Below are positions 18,824 through 28,751 of a DNA stretch of 64,000 nucleotides, piece after piece. The notes under the pieces were generated by a model. That model was not told where the DNA came from. It saw nothing but the letters and a program-made list of their open reading frames with translations, and searched no databases. How positions within the stretch are numbered: position 1 is the first letter of the stretch; each line of letters opens with the position of its first letter. This DNA comes from Oscillospiraceae bacterium (GTDB lineage Bacteria; Bacillota; Clostridia; Oscillospirales; Ruminococcaceae), in contig CP107208.1 in NCBI GenBank assembly GCA_025758045.1, positions 753,298 through 817,297 of the forward strand, given 5' to 3'. A program made the translations under genes and the position numbers.

Positions 18824-19864
18824 TTACTCTTTTACAGGCTCGGCTTTCTCGGCTTCGGCCTTTTCGGCCACAGCGGCCAGGGCGGTCTGCATGGTGCCGC
18901 ACAGGTCGTTGGCGACGCACAGCTTGGCCTGGCGGATGGCGTTTTTGATGCCTTTAGCGTGACTGGAACCGTGGGCCTTGATGACCGGCTTGGCAGCGCC
19001 CAGCAGCGGTGCACCGCCCACTTCCTCAGAGTCCATCATCCGTTTCAGCTCGCCCAGGCCGCCTTTGATGCCCAGGTAGCTGAGCTTGGTGATGAGGTTT
19101 TGCAGGAAAATTTTCTTCAGCATGCCCAGCAGCGTTTTGGCGACGCCCTCGGTCAGCTTGAGGACCACGTTGCCGACGAAACCGTCGCAGACGACGACGT
19201 CCACCTCGCCATCCATGATGTAGCGCGGCTCGATGTTGCCGGCGAAATGGATACAGGGGTTAGCTTTGAGCAGCTGGTGGGCCTCGCGGTAGATGGGCGT
19301 GCCCTTGGTCTCCTCGGCGCCGTTATTGACCAGCGCGACTTTGGGGGCGGTGCGGCCCATGACCTTCTCGGCGTAGACGCTGCCCATGGTGCCGAAGGCG
19401 TTCAGCATTTCGGAGCGGCACTCGACGTTGGCGCCGCAATCCAGCAGCAGAAAGTTCTGCTTCGCGCCGGGCATCGGGGTAGCCAGCGCCGGGCGCTTGA
19501 CACCTTTGATCGTCCGCACGATCAGGCTGGTGCCCACATGCAGTGCACCGGTGGAACCGGCGCTGACAAAGGCGTCCGCCTCGTCGTTTTTCAGCATCGT
19601 CAGGCCCTTGACCAGGCTGGAATCCTTTTTGTGGCGCACAGCCTTGACGGGGTCGTCGTGCATGTCGATATTCTCGGTGCAGTTGATAATGGTGAATGGT
19701 GCCAGGTCAATCTTGTTCTGGGCGGCGCAATCCTTGATAGCGTCTTCTTCGCCCAGCAGCACCAGCTCCATGCTGTCGCCAAACTCGGCCGCAGCCTGAG
19801 AAGCGCCCTGCAAAACGCACAGCGGGGCGTTATCGCCGCCCATGGCATCTACTAAAATTTTCAT
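18824..19864 (-). CDS. plsX: Phosphate acyltransferase PlsX
   Basis: MKILVDAMGGDNAP start. I trimmed the start to the ATG at 19862-19864, which overlaps the trmFO stop. Confidence 0.9.
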   Translation of the reverse strand: MKILVDAMGGDNAPLCVLQGASQAAAEFGDSMELVLLGEEDAIKDCAAQNKIDLAPFTIINCTENIDMHDDPVKAVRHKKDSSLVKGLTMLKNDEADAFVSAGSTGALHVGTSLIVRTIKGVKRPALATPMPGAKQNFLLLDCGANVECRSEMLNAFGTMGSVYAEKVMGRTAPKVALVNNGAEETKGTPIYREAHQLLKANPCIHFAGNIEPRYIMDGEVDVVVCDGFVGNVVLKLTEGVAKTLLGMLKKIFLQNLITKLSYLGIKGGLGELKRMMDSEEVGGAPLLGAAKPVIKAHGSSHAKGIKNAIRQAKLCVANDLCGTMQTALAAVAEKAEAEKAEPVKE

Positions 19865-21177
19865 TTGTATTCCTCCACCCATGCGTGCATGGCGTTTTGT
19901 GCGTTCTGCGAAAGAGCGGCGTAGCGCTCGCGCTTATCGCGGATGGTGTTGATTTCTTCGGTGCGGGGCAAGATGCCCATGTTCGCGCCCATGGGCTGGA
20001 AGTCCTTGTTGGGCGTGGTGATATAATCCAGCAGCGCACCACACATCGTGCTGGCGGGCGGCGGGGGCAGCTCACGGCCCTGCAGGCGGGCCAAGATCTG
20101 GCGGGCAGCCAGCAAGCCGCTGGCGGCGCTTTCCATATAGCCCTCAAAGCCGGTGATCTGGCCCGCAAAAAACACGTTGGGGTGTTCTTTCAGAAATTGC
20201 TGCCCGGTCAGCACGCTGGGGCTTTCCAAAAATGTGTTGCGGTGCATGACGCCGTAACGCACGAACTCGGCATGCTCGAGGCCCGGGATCATACTGAACA
20301 CCCGCTTCTGCTCACCCCATTTGAGGTTCGTCTGGAAGCCGACGAGGTTGTACAGCGTGCGGGCGGTGTTCTCGGCGCGCAGCTGCACAGCCGCCCAGGG
20401 GCGGTGCCCGGTGCGGGGGTCCCGCAGGCCCACCGGGCGCAGCGGGCCAAAGCGGATCGTATCAGCCCCGCGGGCAGCCATGACCTCGATGGGCATGCAG
20501 CCCTCGTAGACGGTGAGATCGCCGTCAAAATCGTGGAGCGGCGCGCGCTCGGCGGCGATCAGCTCGGCGTGGAAAGCCTCGTACTCTTCCTTGTTAAAGG
20601 GGCAGTTAAGGTAATCGGCCTCGCCGCGGCCATAGCGGGAAGCAGCGAAGACCTTCTCGTAGTCCAGGCTTTCGGCGGTAACGATGGGCGCTACCGCGTC
20701 AAAAAAGCTCAGGCGGTGGTCACCGGTCAGGCCGGCCACGGCGTCCGCCAGGGCTCCCTCGGTCAGCGGGCCGGAGGCTACCAGCACGGGGGCGCTTTCG
20801 TCGAGAGCGGTCACTTCCTCACGATGCACTGTGATATTCGGGTGCTTTTCCACCATCTCAGTAACGGCGGCGGAGAAGACATCCCGGTCCACTGCCAGCG
20901 CACCGCCGGCCGCCACGCGGGCGGTCTCGGCCGCCTTCAGCAGGTGGCTTCCCATCATCTTCATTTCCAGCTTGAGCAGGCCGGAGGCAGAGTCCGGGCG
21001 CTCGGCTTTCAGCGAATTGGAGCAGATCAGCTCGGCAAAGCCGGCACTTTTATGGGCGGGCGAAAACTTGCCCGGTTTTTGTTCGTACAGGTCTACCTGC
21101 ACACCGGCGTCCGCCAGCCACAGCGCGGCTTCGCACCCCGCCAGACCGGCACCGATCACGTTTACTTGCATAGTCAC
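19861..21177 (-). CDS. trmFO: Methylenetetrahydrofolate--tRNA-(uracil-5-)-methyltransferase TrmFO
   Basis: FAD motif VIGAGLAGCEAA and SNSLK. It lies in the topA-trmFO synteny block. Confidence 0.9.
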   Translation of the reverse strand: MTMQVNVIGAGLAGCEAALWLADAGVQVDLYEQKPGKFSPAHKSAGFAELICSNSLKAERPDSASGLLKLEMKMMGSHLLKAAETARVAAGGALAVDRDVFSAAVTEMVEKHPNITVHREEVTALDESAPVLVASGPLTEGALADAVAGLTGDHRLSFFDAVAPIVTAESLDYEKVFAASRYGRGEADYLNCPFNKEEYEAFHAELIAAERAPLHDFDGDLTVYEGCMPIEVMAARGADTIRFGPLRPVGLRDPRTGHRPWAAVQLRAENTARTLYNLVGFQTNLKWGEQKRVFSMIPGLEHAEFVRYGVMHRNTFLESPSVLTGQQFLKEHPNVFFAGQITGFEGYMESAASGLLAARQILARLQGRELPPPPASTMCGALLDYITTPNKDFQPMGANMGILPRTEEINTIRDKRERYAALSQNAQNAMHAWVEEYK

Positions 21178-21210
21178 TCCGTTATGGTTTCGGCGTTATT
21201 CCGCCATTTT

Positions 21211-23298
21211 TTACTTCTTTTCGATAGGCTTCGTAAAGCCGCAGCCCTCTTTGGCGCAGTAGAGCTGGCCTTTTTTCTTAAACAGGGTCTGGCCGCACTG
21301 GGGGCATTTTTCAGGCACAGGCTCGTCCCAGGTCATAAAGTTGCACTTGGGGTAGTTGCTGCAGCCGTAATAAATGCGCCCTTTCGCGCTTTTGCGCACC
21401 AGCATGTGGCCGCCGCACTCCGGGCAGATGCCGCCGGTATCTTTGACCAGCGGGTGGGCGTTGCGGCACTCCGGGAAGCCGGAGCAAGCCACGAACTTGC
21501 CGTACCGGCCGGATTTGATGACCATGGGGCGGCCGCACTTTTCGCAGATCTCGTCGGTGGGGATGTCCTCGACCTTGACGCGCTTGCCCTCCATGTTCTT
21601 CTCGGCGTCCTCCAGGCTCTTGGCAAAGCCTTTGTAGAAGTCATCGATGGTCTGGACCCAGTCAGCCTTGCCAGCCTCGATAATATCCAGCTTTTTCTCC
21701 ATATCTGCGCTGAATTTCACATCTACAATGTTGGGGAACTGCTCCATCATCACAGTGTTGACGGCCTGACCCAGCGGGGTGGTTTTCAGCTTTTTCTGGT
21801 CTTTTTCCACATAGCCGCGGTCAACGATGGTGGTGATGATGGGCGCGTAGGTGGAAGGGCGGCCGATGCCGTTTTCTTCCAGTGCGTGGATCAGCGTGGC
21901 TTCGGTGTAGAGCGGCGGCGGCTGGGTGAACTTCTGGTCTGCCGTCAGGCTGCGCAGTTTGAGGGTCTGGCCCTCCTCCAGCGGGGGCAGGGCGGTCTCC
22001 TTTTTCTGCTTGTCGTCGGTGGATTCCTCGTACAGGGCGGTGAAGCCGTCAAAAGACACGCGGAAGCCAGATGCACGGAAGAGGTAATCCCCTGCCGTGA
22101 TGGACACCGAGACGGTATCCTGGATGCAGTCGGCCATCTGGCTGGCCATAAAGCGGCTCCAGATCAGGCGGTACAGTTTGGCGGTGTCGCCGCTGATGCT
22201 CTGCTCCACTTCATCGGGGGTCAGTTCCGGCATAGACGGGCGGATCGCTTCGTGGGCGTCCTGGGCGGCCGTGGCCGAGCGGGACTTCCACTTGCGCTGG
22301 GTGTTGCAGACGTAGTTGTCGCCCCAGCGGCCCGCGATGAACTGTTTGGCGGCGGCGCTGGCCTCGGCGGCGATGCGCAGCGAGTCGGTACGCATGTAGG
22401 TGATCAGACCCACGGTGCCGTGGCCTGCAATGTCCATGCCTTCGTACAATGTCTGGGCAGCGCGCATTGTGCGGGTGGCCGAGAAGCCAAAGGCACGGCT
22501 GGCGTCCTGCTGCAGGGTGGAAGTGATAAAGGGCGGCGCGGGCTGGCGGCGGCGCTTGCCTTTTTCCAGTTTGGAGATGGTGTAGCTTTTACCATCCAGC
22601 GCGGCCACGATGGTATCGGCCTGCTCTTTGTTGGTGACGGTCAGCTTTTTGCCGTCAGCGGTAGCGGCCAGGCGGGCCGTAAAGCCGTTTTTGCTGTTGC
22701 TCTGGGGGTACAGCGCGGCGTCGATGTTCCAATATTCATCGGGCTTGAAGTTTTCAATTTCCAGCTCGCGGTCGCGGATCAGGCGCACCGCCACGCTCTG
22801 CACACGGCCGGCGGAGAGGCCGCGGCGGACCTTGCGCCACAGGAACGGGCTGAGCTTGTAGCCCACCAGGCGGTCCAGTTCGCGCCGGGCCTGCTGGGCG
22901 TTGAACAGATCAATGTTGATGGCACGGGGATGGGCCATACCCTCCTTGACGCCCTTTTTGGTGATCTCGTCAAAGGTCACGCGGTTGGGGGCGGCGGGGT
23001 CCAGGCCCAAAATGTTGGCCAGATGCCAGCTGATGGCTTCGCCTTCGCGGTCCGGGTCGGTTGCAAGCAGGACGCCGTCGCACTTTTTAGCCTCGGCTTT
23101 CAGCTCTTTGACCAGTTTCTGCTTGCCCTTGATGGTGATATACTTCGGCGCAAAGCCGTTGTCCACATCAATGCCCAGCTGGCTGGCGGGCAGGTCACGC
23201 ACGTGGCCCATGCTGGCCGTAACTTTATAGCCCCGGCCCAGGTATTTGCTGATGGTCTTTGCTTTGGCGGGGGACTCCACTATGACTAATTTCGGCAT
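21211..23298 (-). CDS. topA: DNA topoisomerase I
   Basis: 695 aa. TOPRIM N-terminus (LVIVESPAKAKTI), the active-site region, and C-terminal CxxC zinc ribbons. Confidence 0.95.
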   Translation of the reverse strand: MPKLVIVESPAKAKTISKYLGRGYKVTASMGHVRDLPASQLGIDVDNGFAPKYITIKGKQKLVKELKAEAKKCDGVLLATDPDREGEAISWHLANILGLDPAAPNRVTFDEITKKGVKEGMAHPRAINIDLFNAQQARRELDRLVGYKLSPFLWRKVRRGLSAGRVQSVAVRLIRDRELEIENFKPDEYWNIDAALYPQSNSKNGFTARLAATADGKKLTVTNKEQADTIVAALDGKSYTISKLEKGKRRRQPAPPFITSTLQQDASRAFGFSATRTMRAAQTLYEGMDIAGHGTVGLITYMRTDSLRIAAEASAAAKQFIAGRWGDNYVCNTQRKWKSRSATAAQDAHEAIRPSMPELTPDEVEQSISGDTAKLYRLIWSRFMASQMADCIQDTVSVSITAGDYLFRASGFRVSFDGFTALYEESTDDKQKKETALPPLEEGQTLKLRSLTADQKFTQPPPLYTEATLIHALEENGIGRPSTYAPIITTIVDRGYVEKDQKKLKTTPLGQAVNTVMMEQFPNIVDVKFSADMEKKLDIIEAGKADWVQTIDDFYKGFAKSLEDAEKNMEGKRVKVEDIPTDEICEKCGRPMVIKSGRYGKFVACSGFPECRNAHPLVKDTGGICPECGGHMLVRKSAKGRIYYGCSNYPKCNFMTWDEPVPEKCPQCGQTLFKKKGQLYCAKEGCGFTKPIEKK

Positions 23299-23324
23299 AG
23301 GTTACCTCAACTTAACTCTATATT

Positions 23325-24425
23325 TTACAGGGCGACATAGCGCCGTCCCGGCTGACTTTGTGCACCGCCGTACAACTCCAATTCGGTACAGGCGGCCAGC
23401 ACCCGGCTGGCGGACAGGCCGGTGGCAGCGGCCAACTCGTCCACGCCTTTGGGCGTGGGGCCCAGTGCCGCATAGACGGCCTGGGCGTCGGGGCTGGTTT
23501 GTTCCACCGCAAAGGCCGATTGCTCCGGCGCGGCGCTTTCACTTTCCACGCCCATACAGGCCAGCACATCCGCTGCCTGGCACAGCACCCCGGCCCGGCC
23601 GGAGCGCAGCAGCTCGTTGGTTCCCTGGCTTTGGGCGCTGTAAATACTGCCCGGCACGGCCAGCACCGGGCGGCCCAGGCTTTCGGCGTGGGACACGGTG
23701 TTCAGCGTGCCGCTGCGGATGCGAGCCTCGGCCACACAAAGCACCTCCGACAGGCCGGCGATCAGCCGGTTGCGGGCCAGAAAGGTGCCCTTTTGCTTAC
23801 CCTGGTAGCCGGGCGGGTACTCGCTGCAGACGGCGCCGCCGCCTTTCTCGATGCGCTGGCGCAATTTGACATTGGCGGCGGGGTAGGTCGTATCGATGGC
23901 CGTTCCGAGGAACGCCACGGTGGGTGTGCCAGCTTCCACCGCCGCGCGATGGCCCTCACTGTCGAGACCGTCCGCCAGACCGCTGACAATGACGGCTCCC
24001 TGTTTGGCCATCTCCAGCGAAAGGTCAAACGCCGCCTGCCGCCCGTAAGCGCTGGGGCGGCGGGTGCCCACCATGCCCACATAGCGGTGGCCGTTCAGGC
24101 AGGCGGACTCGCCGGTGACGTACAGCACCAGCGGCATATCCGGCAGGTCCCGCAAGCGATCCGGGTAGGCGGCATCATCGGGAGTGATGATCTCCACACC
24201 GGTCAGCAGACAGTGATCCAGCCGCTCCTCATAATCAAAGGGGGTGGTGTCGCACAGCTGGGCGACGGCGTGGTCGCTCAAAAAGTAGGGCGGTGCTTCC
24301 CGCCCGGCGCACAGGGCTTCGTATAAAGCTTCTAGGTCGGGGTAGAGCGCCAGCAGATCGCGGGCGTTCTGGCAGGCAGAACCAACGGCATCCGCCAGCC
24401 AAAGCCAGGCCAGTGTCTTATCCAC
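23325..24425 (-). CDS. dprA: DNA-processing protein DprA (Smf)
   Basis: Rossmann-like DprA core (VSGLADGLDSEGHRAA..GTPTVAFLGTAID). It lies upstream of topA. Confidence 0.9.
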   Translation of the reverse strand: MDKTLAWLWLADAVGSACQNARDLLALYPDLEALYEALCAGREAPPYFLSDHAVAQLCDTTPFDYEERLDHCLLTGVEIITPDDAAYPDRLRDLPDMPLVLYVTGESACLNGHRYVGMVGTRRPSAYGRQAAFDLSLEMAKQGAVIVSGLADGLDSEGHRAAVEAGTPTVAFLGTAIDTTYPAANVKLRQRIEKGGGAVCSEYPPGYQGKQKGTFLARNRLIAGLSEVLCVAEARIRSGTLNTVSHAESLGRPVLAVPGSIYSAQSQGTNELLRSGRAGVLCQAADVLACMGVESESAAPEQSAFAVEQTSPDAQAVYAALGPTPKGVDELAAATGLSASRVLAACTELELYGGAQSQPGRRYVAL

Positions 24426-24458
24426 GCGCGTCTCCCCTTCCCTTATTATACTATGTTT

Positions 24459-25226
24459 TTACACATTGCGGAACTGCCACAGCAGCACGCTGCCGGCCAC
24501 ACCGGCGTTCAGGCTTTCCACCTGGTCTGTCATCGGGATACGCACAGCCAGGTCACAGGCGGCCACGGTGGCATCCGTCAGGCCCTGTCCCTCGCTGCCA
24601 ATGACTACGCAGAGTCCCTGCGGGAACTCCTGCCCGGCTTCACCCAGCGGGCGGGAGTTGTACAGAGCGGTGGCCAGGCAGGCTACACCCCGGGCGCGCA
24701 GGCCTTGCAGGGTGGCGGGCAGGTCGTCCACATGCAGTACCGGCAGCCGCCCGGCCGCGCCCATCGAGGAGCGCAGTGTTTTGGGCGAAAACGGTGCGGC
24801 GCACCCCGGTCCCAACAGGACCAGGTCGTACCCAAAGGCCGCGGCGCTGCGCAGCAGGGTGCCCACATTGCCGGGGTCCTGCACGCCTTCCAGCGCCAGG
24901 ATGTGGGTGGCGGTGTCCAGCTGCTCTACCGGGGGCGCGGGCTGTTCAAACAGCACAAACACGCCCTGGCTCGTCTTGGTGCCCGCCAGCTTTTCGGCCA
25001 CGTGAGGCGCGATCAGCGTGGGGCGCAAGCTTTCCAACGCGGGCGTCTTTTCCATAGCCGCCTCGGTGGCATAAGCCGTGCGCGGGGTGCAGCTTTTGGC
25101 CAGTTCCAGGCAAAGCTTCGGCCCCTCGGCAAAAAACAGCCCCTCTGCCGCGCGCTGCTTCTCACTATCGCGCAGTGTGCAGGCATACTTTACGCCTGCG
25201 TTGTCGCGGCTGGTGATTATATCCAT
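24459..25226 (-). CDS. TrmH/SpoU-family RNA 2'-O-methyltransferase
   Basis: SpoU motifs (GVQDPGNVGTLLRSA, VIGSEGQGL, ESLNAGVA). I trimmed the start to the ATG at 25224-25226. Confidence 0.8.
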   Translation of the reverse strand: MDIITSRDNAGVKYACTLRDSEKQRAAEGLFFAEGPKLCLELAKSCTPRTAYATEAAMEKTPALESLRPTLIAPHVAEKLAGTKTSQGVFVLFEQPAPPVEQLDTATHILALEGVQDPGNVGTLLRSAAAFGYDLVLLGPGCAAPFSPKTLRSSMGAAGRLPVLHVDDLPATLQGLRARGVACLATALYNSRPLGEAGQEFPQGLCVVIGSEGQGLTDATVAACDLAVRIPMTDQVESLNAGVAGSVLLWQFRNV

Positions 25227-25345
25227 TTTAGCGCCCCTCTCCCGTAAAATCAATGTTGTTTTATGAACGATAGGGATTCCCTATGCAGGAAAGCTACCCA
25301 CAGTAAGCCGTAAAACGGCTGTGCTATAGCTTTCCCCTTTAAACA

Positions 25346-25379
25346 CAAAAGGACTCACGCGTGCGCGTGAGTCTTTTTG
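25346..25379. terminator. Terminator after rplT
   Basis: GACTCACGC / GCGTGAGTC stem flanked by an A-run and a T-run. Confidence 0.6.
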
Positions 25380-25388
25380 CAAGAATTA

Positions 25389-25742
25389 TTACAGAGCCTT
25401 CTTGGCGGTCTCGACCAGAGCGTTGAAGCTGGCGGGATCGTGGATAGCCATTTCAGACAGCATCTTGCGGTTCAGCTCGACGCCAGCCTTCTTCAGGCCG
25501 TTCATGAAGCTGGAGTAGTTCATGCCCTGAGCGCGAACAGCGTTGTTGATGCGGGTGATCCACAGGTTGCGGAACTGACGCTTCTTCTGCTTACGGCCAA
25601 CGAAAGCGTAGTTGCCGGACTTCATGACGGCCTGCTTGGCCATGCGGAAGTGCTTGGACTTAGCACCGTAGTAGCCCTTTGCGAGTTTGAGAGTTTTAGC
25701 ACGACGCTTGTGCGTCATGGTAGCGCCTTTAATACGAGCCAT
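25389..25742 (-). CDS. rplT: 50S ribosomal protein L20
   Basis: [26 protein letters not shown] matches L20. Confidence 0.97.
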   Translation of the reverse strand: MARIKGATMTHKRRAKTLKLAKGYYGAKSKHFRMAKQAVMKSGNYAFVGRKQKKRQFRNLWITRINNAVRAQGMNYSSFMNGLKKAGVELNRKMLSEMAIHDPASFNALVETAKKAL

Positions 25743-25795
25743 GGTTTATATCTCCTTTATACACTCTTAAGTTAACTGACCTTGCCGCGGGGCGA

Positions 25796-26002
25796 TTAGC
25801 CGCCGTAGGGCATCATTTTCTTGACAGCAGCCTCGTTGGTCTTGTCGACATACTTGGGCATGCGCAGGCCGCGGGTGAGCTTGGTGGTCTTCTTGGTCAG
25901 GATGTGGCGGCGCTTGGTCGCATTGCGCTTGATCTTACCGGAAGCAGTCATCTTGAAGCGCTTCTTTGCGCCGGAAAGGGTCTTGAGCTTCATTTTAGCC
26001 AT
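25796..26002 (-). CDS. rpmI: 50S ribosomal protein L35
   Basis: 68 aa, basic, with KTLSGAKKRFK. Confidence 0.95.
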   Translation of the reverse strand: MAKMKLKTLSGAKKRFKMTASGKIKRNATKRRHILTKKTTKLTRGLRMPKYVDKTNEAAVKKMMPYGG

Positions 26003-26029
26003 TGTTGTTTCCTCCTAAAGAGTTACTTC

Positions 26030-26560
26030 TTACTTGTTGGGTGCGGGGGACATGAACATCATCATGCTGCGGCCCTCAAGCTTGGGCTGCTTGTCGATGA
26101 CGGCCTTGCCTGCCAACGCATCGGCAAACCGCTTGTGCACTTCCAGACCCAGGCTGGTATGTGCCATTTCACGGCCGCGGAACCGGATGCTCACCTTGAG
26201 CTTGTGACCCTGCTGCAGGAATTTGGCAGCCTGGTTCACCTTGGTGTTGAAGTCGTTGGTGTCGATATTCAGGGAAAGGCGGATCTCCTTGAGTTCAACC
26301 ACTTTCTGGTTCTTCTTGGCTTCCTTTTCCTTTTTCTGCATCTCGAAACGGTACTTGCCGTAATCCAGGATCTTGCACACCGGCGGCTTGGCCTGCGGCG
26401 CAACCTTGACCAGGTCAAGATCTTTGTCGATAGCCATACGCAGTGCGTCGCGCGGGCTCATAATGCCCATCTGCGCGCCGTCCGCCCCGATCAGGCGGAT
26501 CTCTTTATCGCGGATCTGCTCATTGATTTCCAGTTCCTTGGAATTGCTGTTGCTGGCGAT
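26030..26560 (-). CDS. infC: Translation initiation factor IF-3 (probable non-AUG ATC start)
   Basis: The IF-3 sequence starts near ELEINEQIRDKEIRLIGADG. The RBS GGGAGG lies 9 nt upstream of an in-frame ATC (complement of 26558-26560). The only upstream ATG (26627-26629) sits at the foot of the leader terminator. Confidence 0.8.
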   Translation of the reverse strand: MASNSNSKELEINEQIRDKEIRLIGADGAQMGIMSPRDALRMAIDKDLDLVKVAPQAKPPVCKILDYGKYRFEMQKKEKEAKKNQKVVELKEIRLSLNIDTNDFNTKVNQAAKFLQQGHKLKVSIRFRGREMAHTSLGLEVHKRFADALAGKAVIDKQPKLEGRSMMMFMSPAPNK

Positions 26561-26594
26561 TGGAACACACCTCCCACAAGTGTATGATAAATGA

Positions 26595-26731
26595 TAAAAG
26601 CGGCTGCCATAAAAGCAGCCGCCGAACATACGTAGTTGCGCACCAAGTGCGTATCTGGTATGACCCGGGGCTTTGCGCCCGCAAGGTGAGCCGACGGCCT
26701 ACTGCCGGTTGCTGCTTTTTTTACAGGCAAT
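26595..26731 (-). promoter_or_regulatory. infC-rpmI-rplT leader with attenuator hairpin (L20-leader-like)
   Basis: A leader of about 135 nt runs from the promoter to the terminator-like hairpin GGCGGCTGC-TTTTATG-GCAGCCGC plus TTTTAT (26595-26624), just upstream of infC. Confidence 0.45.
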
Positions 26732-26760
26732 AGTTTACCATAGAAACCGTGCCTTGTCAA
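26732..26760 (-). promoter_or_regulatory. Promoter of infC operon
   Basis: On the minus strand: TTGACA (26755-26760), 17-nt spacer, TAAACT (26732-26737). Confidence 0.55.
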
Positions 26761-26777
26761 GGGATTTTTTCACACTT

Positions 26778-28535
26778 TTACATCGTTTCCGGCACGCTGA
26801 CTTTGAACATGGTCAGGATGTTGCGGATGACGCCGCGCACGGCGAGACACAGGGCAATGCGGCCCTGCTGGACAGCACCCTCGGTGCCCATGATGCGGCA
26901 GGCGTTATAGAAGCGGTGGTAAGCCGAGGCCACATCGATGCAGTAGCGGGTGATGCGGGCGGGGTCGTACTTATCGGCCGCGGCCACGATCTCTGCCGGG
27001 AAGGCGGCCAGCAGGCGGATCAGGGCCTGCTCGGCGGGGTCGGTCAGCACGGAGGCATCAACACCGTCCACGCCGTTGAAGGTGATGCCCTCGCTCTCCA
27101 GCTTTTTCAGCACGGAGCAGATGCGGGCGTGGGCATACTGCACATAGTAGACGGGGTTTTCACTGTCGTTGCGCACGGCCAGGTCGAGGTCAAAGTCCAG
27201 GGTGGAGGAGCTTTCGCGCTGATTGAAGAAGAAACGGGCGGAATCGATAGGCACCTCGTCCAGCAGGTCGGTCAGGGTGATGGCCTTGCCGGTACGCTTG
27301 CTCATACGCACGGGCTTGCCGTCGCGCATCAGGTTGACCATCTGCATCAGCACGATGTCCAGGCGATTGCCGTCCAGGCCGATGGCATCCATAGCACCCT
27401 TCATGCGAGCCACGTGGCCGTGGTGGTCGGCGCCCCAGACGTCGATGGCCTTGTCAAAGCCGCGGACGGCCAGCTTATTATAATGGTAGGCGATGTCGGC
27501 GGCGAAGTAGGTGGGGATGCCGTTGGCACGGACGAGGACCTCGTCCTTAGCCTCTTCCTCGCTGCCGTCGTCAGCCTTTTTCTTGTTGACGACGCCGTAC
27601 TTGGCGGCGTACTGGGCGCTGCGGTACATGATAGCGCCGTCCTCGGCCTTGTAGCAGGCACCGATCTCCAGCAGCTTATCCACAACCGCCTGGACCGCAC
27701 CGGACTTGTGCAGGTCGCTCTCGTGGAACCAGACATCATAATCGATACGATACTTGCCCAGGTCGCGCTGCAGGCCGGCAATGTTCTTGGGCAGGGCGTC
27801 GGCAATGAGAGCCTCTTTCAGCTCCTCGAAGTCGGCATTGACATAGCTGTCGCCATGGACCTCAGCAAACTCCTTGGCGCGCTGAATGATGTCAGCGCCC
27901 TGGTAGCACTCCTCGGGCAGCGGGCAGGCTTCCTCGCCCTTGTACAGCTGCAGGTAGCGGATGGCCAGGCTCTTGCCGAACTTCTGGATCTGGTTGCCGG
28001 CGTCGTTGATATAGAACTCGCGGGTGACATCGCAGCCGGCCCAATCCAGGCAGGCGGCCAGACCGTCACCCAGGGCACCGCCGCGGGCGTTACCCATGTG
28101 CATGGGGCCGGTGGGGTTGGCGGAAACGAACTCCACGTTATACTTTTTGCCGGCACCGGCGTCGGTGCGGCCGTATTCCGGGTTGGCGCAGGCGGCGCGG
28201 ACAACGCTGGTGAACCAATCCTGACCCAGGAACAGGTTGATGAAGCCGGGGCCTGCAATGTCCACGCCGGAGAACAGCGTGCCGTTCAGGTCCAGCTTGG
28301 CGGTGATGGCCTCAGCGATCTGGCGGGGTGCCTTATGGAAAGCACGGGCACCGGCCATGGCAATGTTGGATGCTACGTCACCGTTTTTGACATCCGCCGG
28401 GATCTCGACGATGAAATCGGGCAGTTCTGCGGCGGGCAGGGCGCCATCGGCCACGGCGGCCTTGGCGGCATCGGTCAGCAGGGCGCGGGCTTCGGTCAGC
28501 GCGGCCTGGCGGGGGTTGTAGTTTTTATAGTCCAT
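26778..28535 (-). CDS. argS: Arginine--tRNA ligase
   Basis: 585 aa. HIGH-type motif SANPTGPMHMGNARG and the class I anticodon-binding C-terminus. Confidence 0.95.
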   Translation of the reverse strand: MDYKNYNPRQAALTEARALLTDAAKAAVADGALPAAELPDFIVEIPADVKNGDVASNIAMAGARAFHKAPRQIAEAITAKLDLNGTLFSGVDIAGPGFINLFLGQDWFTSVVRAACANPEYGRTDAGAGKKYNVEFVSANPTGPMHMGNARGGALGDGLAACLDWAGCDVTREFYINDAGNQIQKFGKSLAIRYLQLYKGEEACPLPEECYQGADIIQRAKEFAEVHGDSYVNADFEELKEALIADALPKNIAGLQRDLGKYRIDYDVWFHESDLHKSGAVQAVVDKLLEIGACYKAEDGAIMYRSAQYAAKYGVVNKKKADDGSEEEAKDEVLVRANGIPTYFAADIAYHYNKLAVRGFDKAIDVWGADHHGHVARMKGAMDAIGLDGNRLDIVLMQMVNLMRDGKPVRMSKRTGKAITLTDLLDEVPIDSARFFFNQRESSSTLDFDLDLAVRNDSENPVYYVQYAHARICSVLKKLESEGITFNGVDGVDASVLTDPAEQALIRLLAAFPAEIVAAADKYDPARITRYCIDVASAYHRFYNACRIMGTEGAVQQGRIALCLAVRGVIRNILTMFKVSVPETM

Positions 28536-28571
28536 AGGTTACCTCCTGTGGGAGTTTTGCTTTTGTACGAC

Positions 28572-28751
28572 TTAGGGCAGCACCGCACAATTCCCGCCTT
28601 ACGGCTTAAGCACCGCTCCGGCGGCTGCGGCACGGCAACTGCGTTGCCAAAATGCTCGATAATACACAAAGTATTATCTGCGCTTTTGGCTTAGCAGCTG
28701 CCGCACCTCGCTCGCCGTATCGGCACTTAGAATTATGCGGTATTGCCTTAG
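28572..28751 (-). mobile_element. MITE-like hairpin element, copy A (172-nt core 28576-28747, TSD TTAG/TTAG)
   Basis: Near-identical to copies D and E in reverse orientation. It has the terminal inverted repeats and is flanked by TTAG at 28572-28575 and 28748-28751. Confidence 0.75.

Noticed and set aside
26561-26629. The ATG-initiated N-terminal extension of infC given in the ORF track.
   Set aside because: The extension is unlike IF-3, has no RBS, and begins at the base of the leader terminator hairpin. A non-AUG start with a GGGAGG RBS fits better.
28536-28751. The expected T-box leader upstream of argS.
   Set aside because: The spacer is fully occupied by MITE copy A. There is no AGAGA/GNUGNNA stem I motif and no GGUGGUACCGCG-like T-box sequence.
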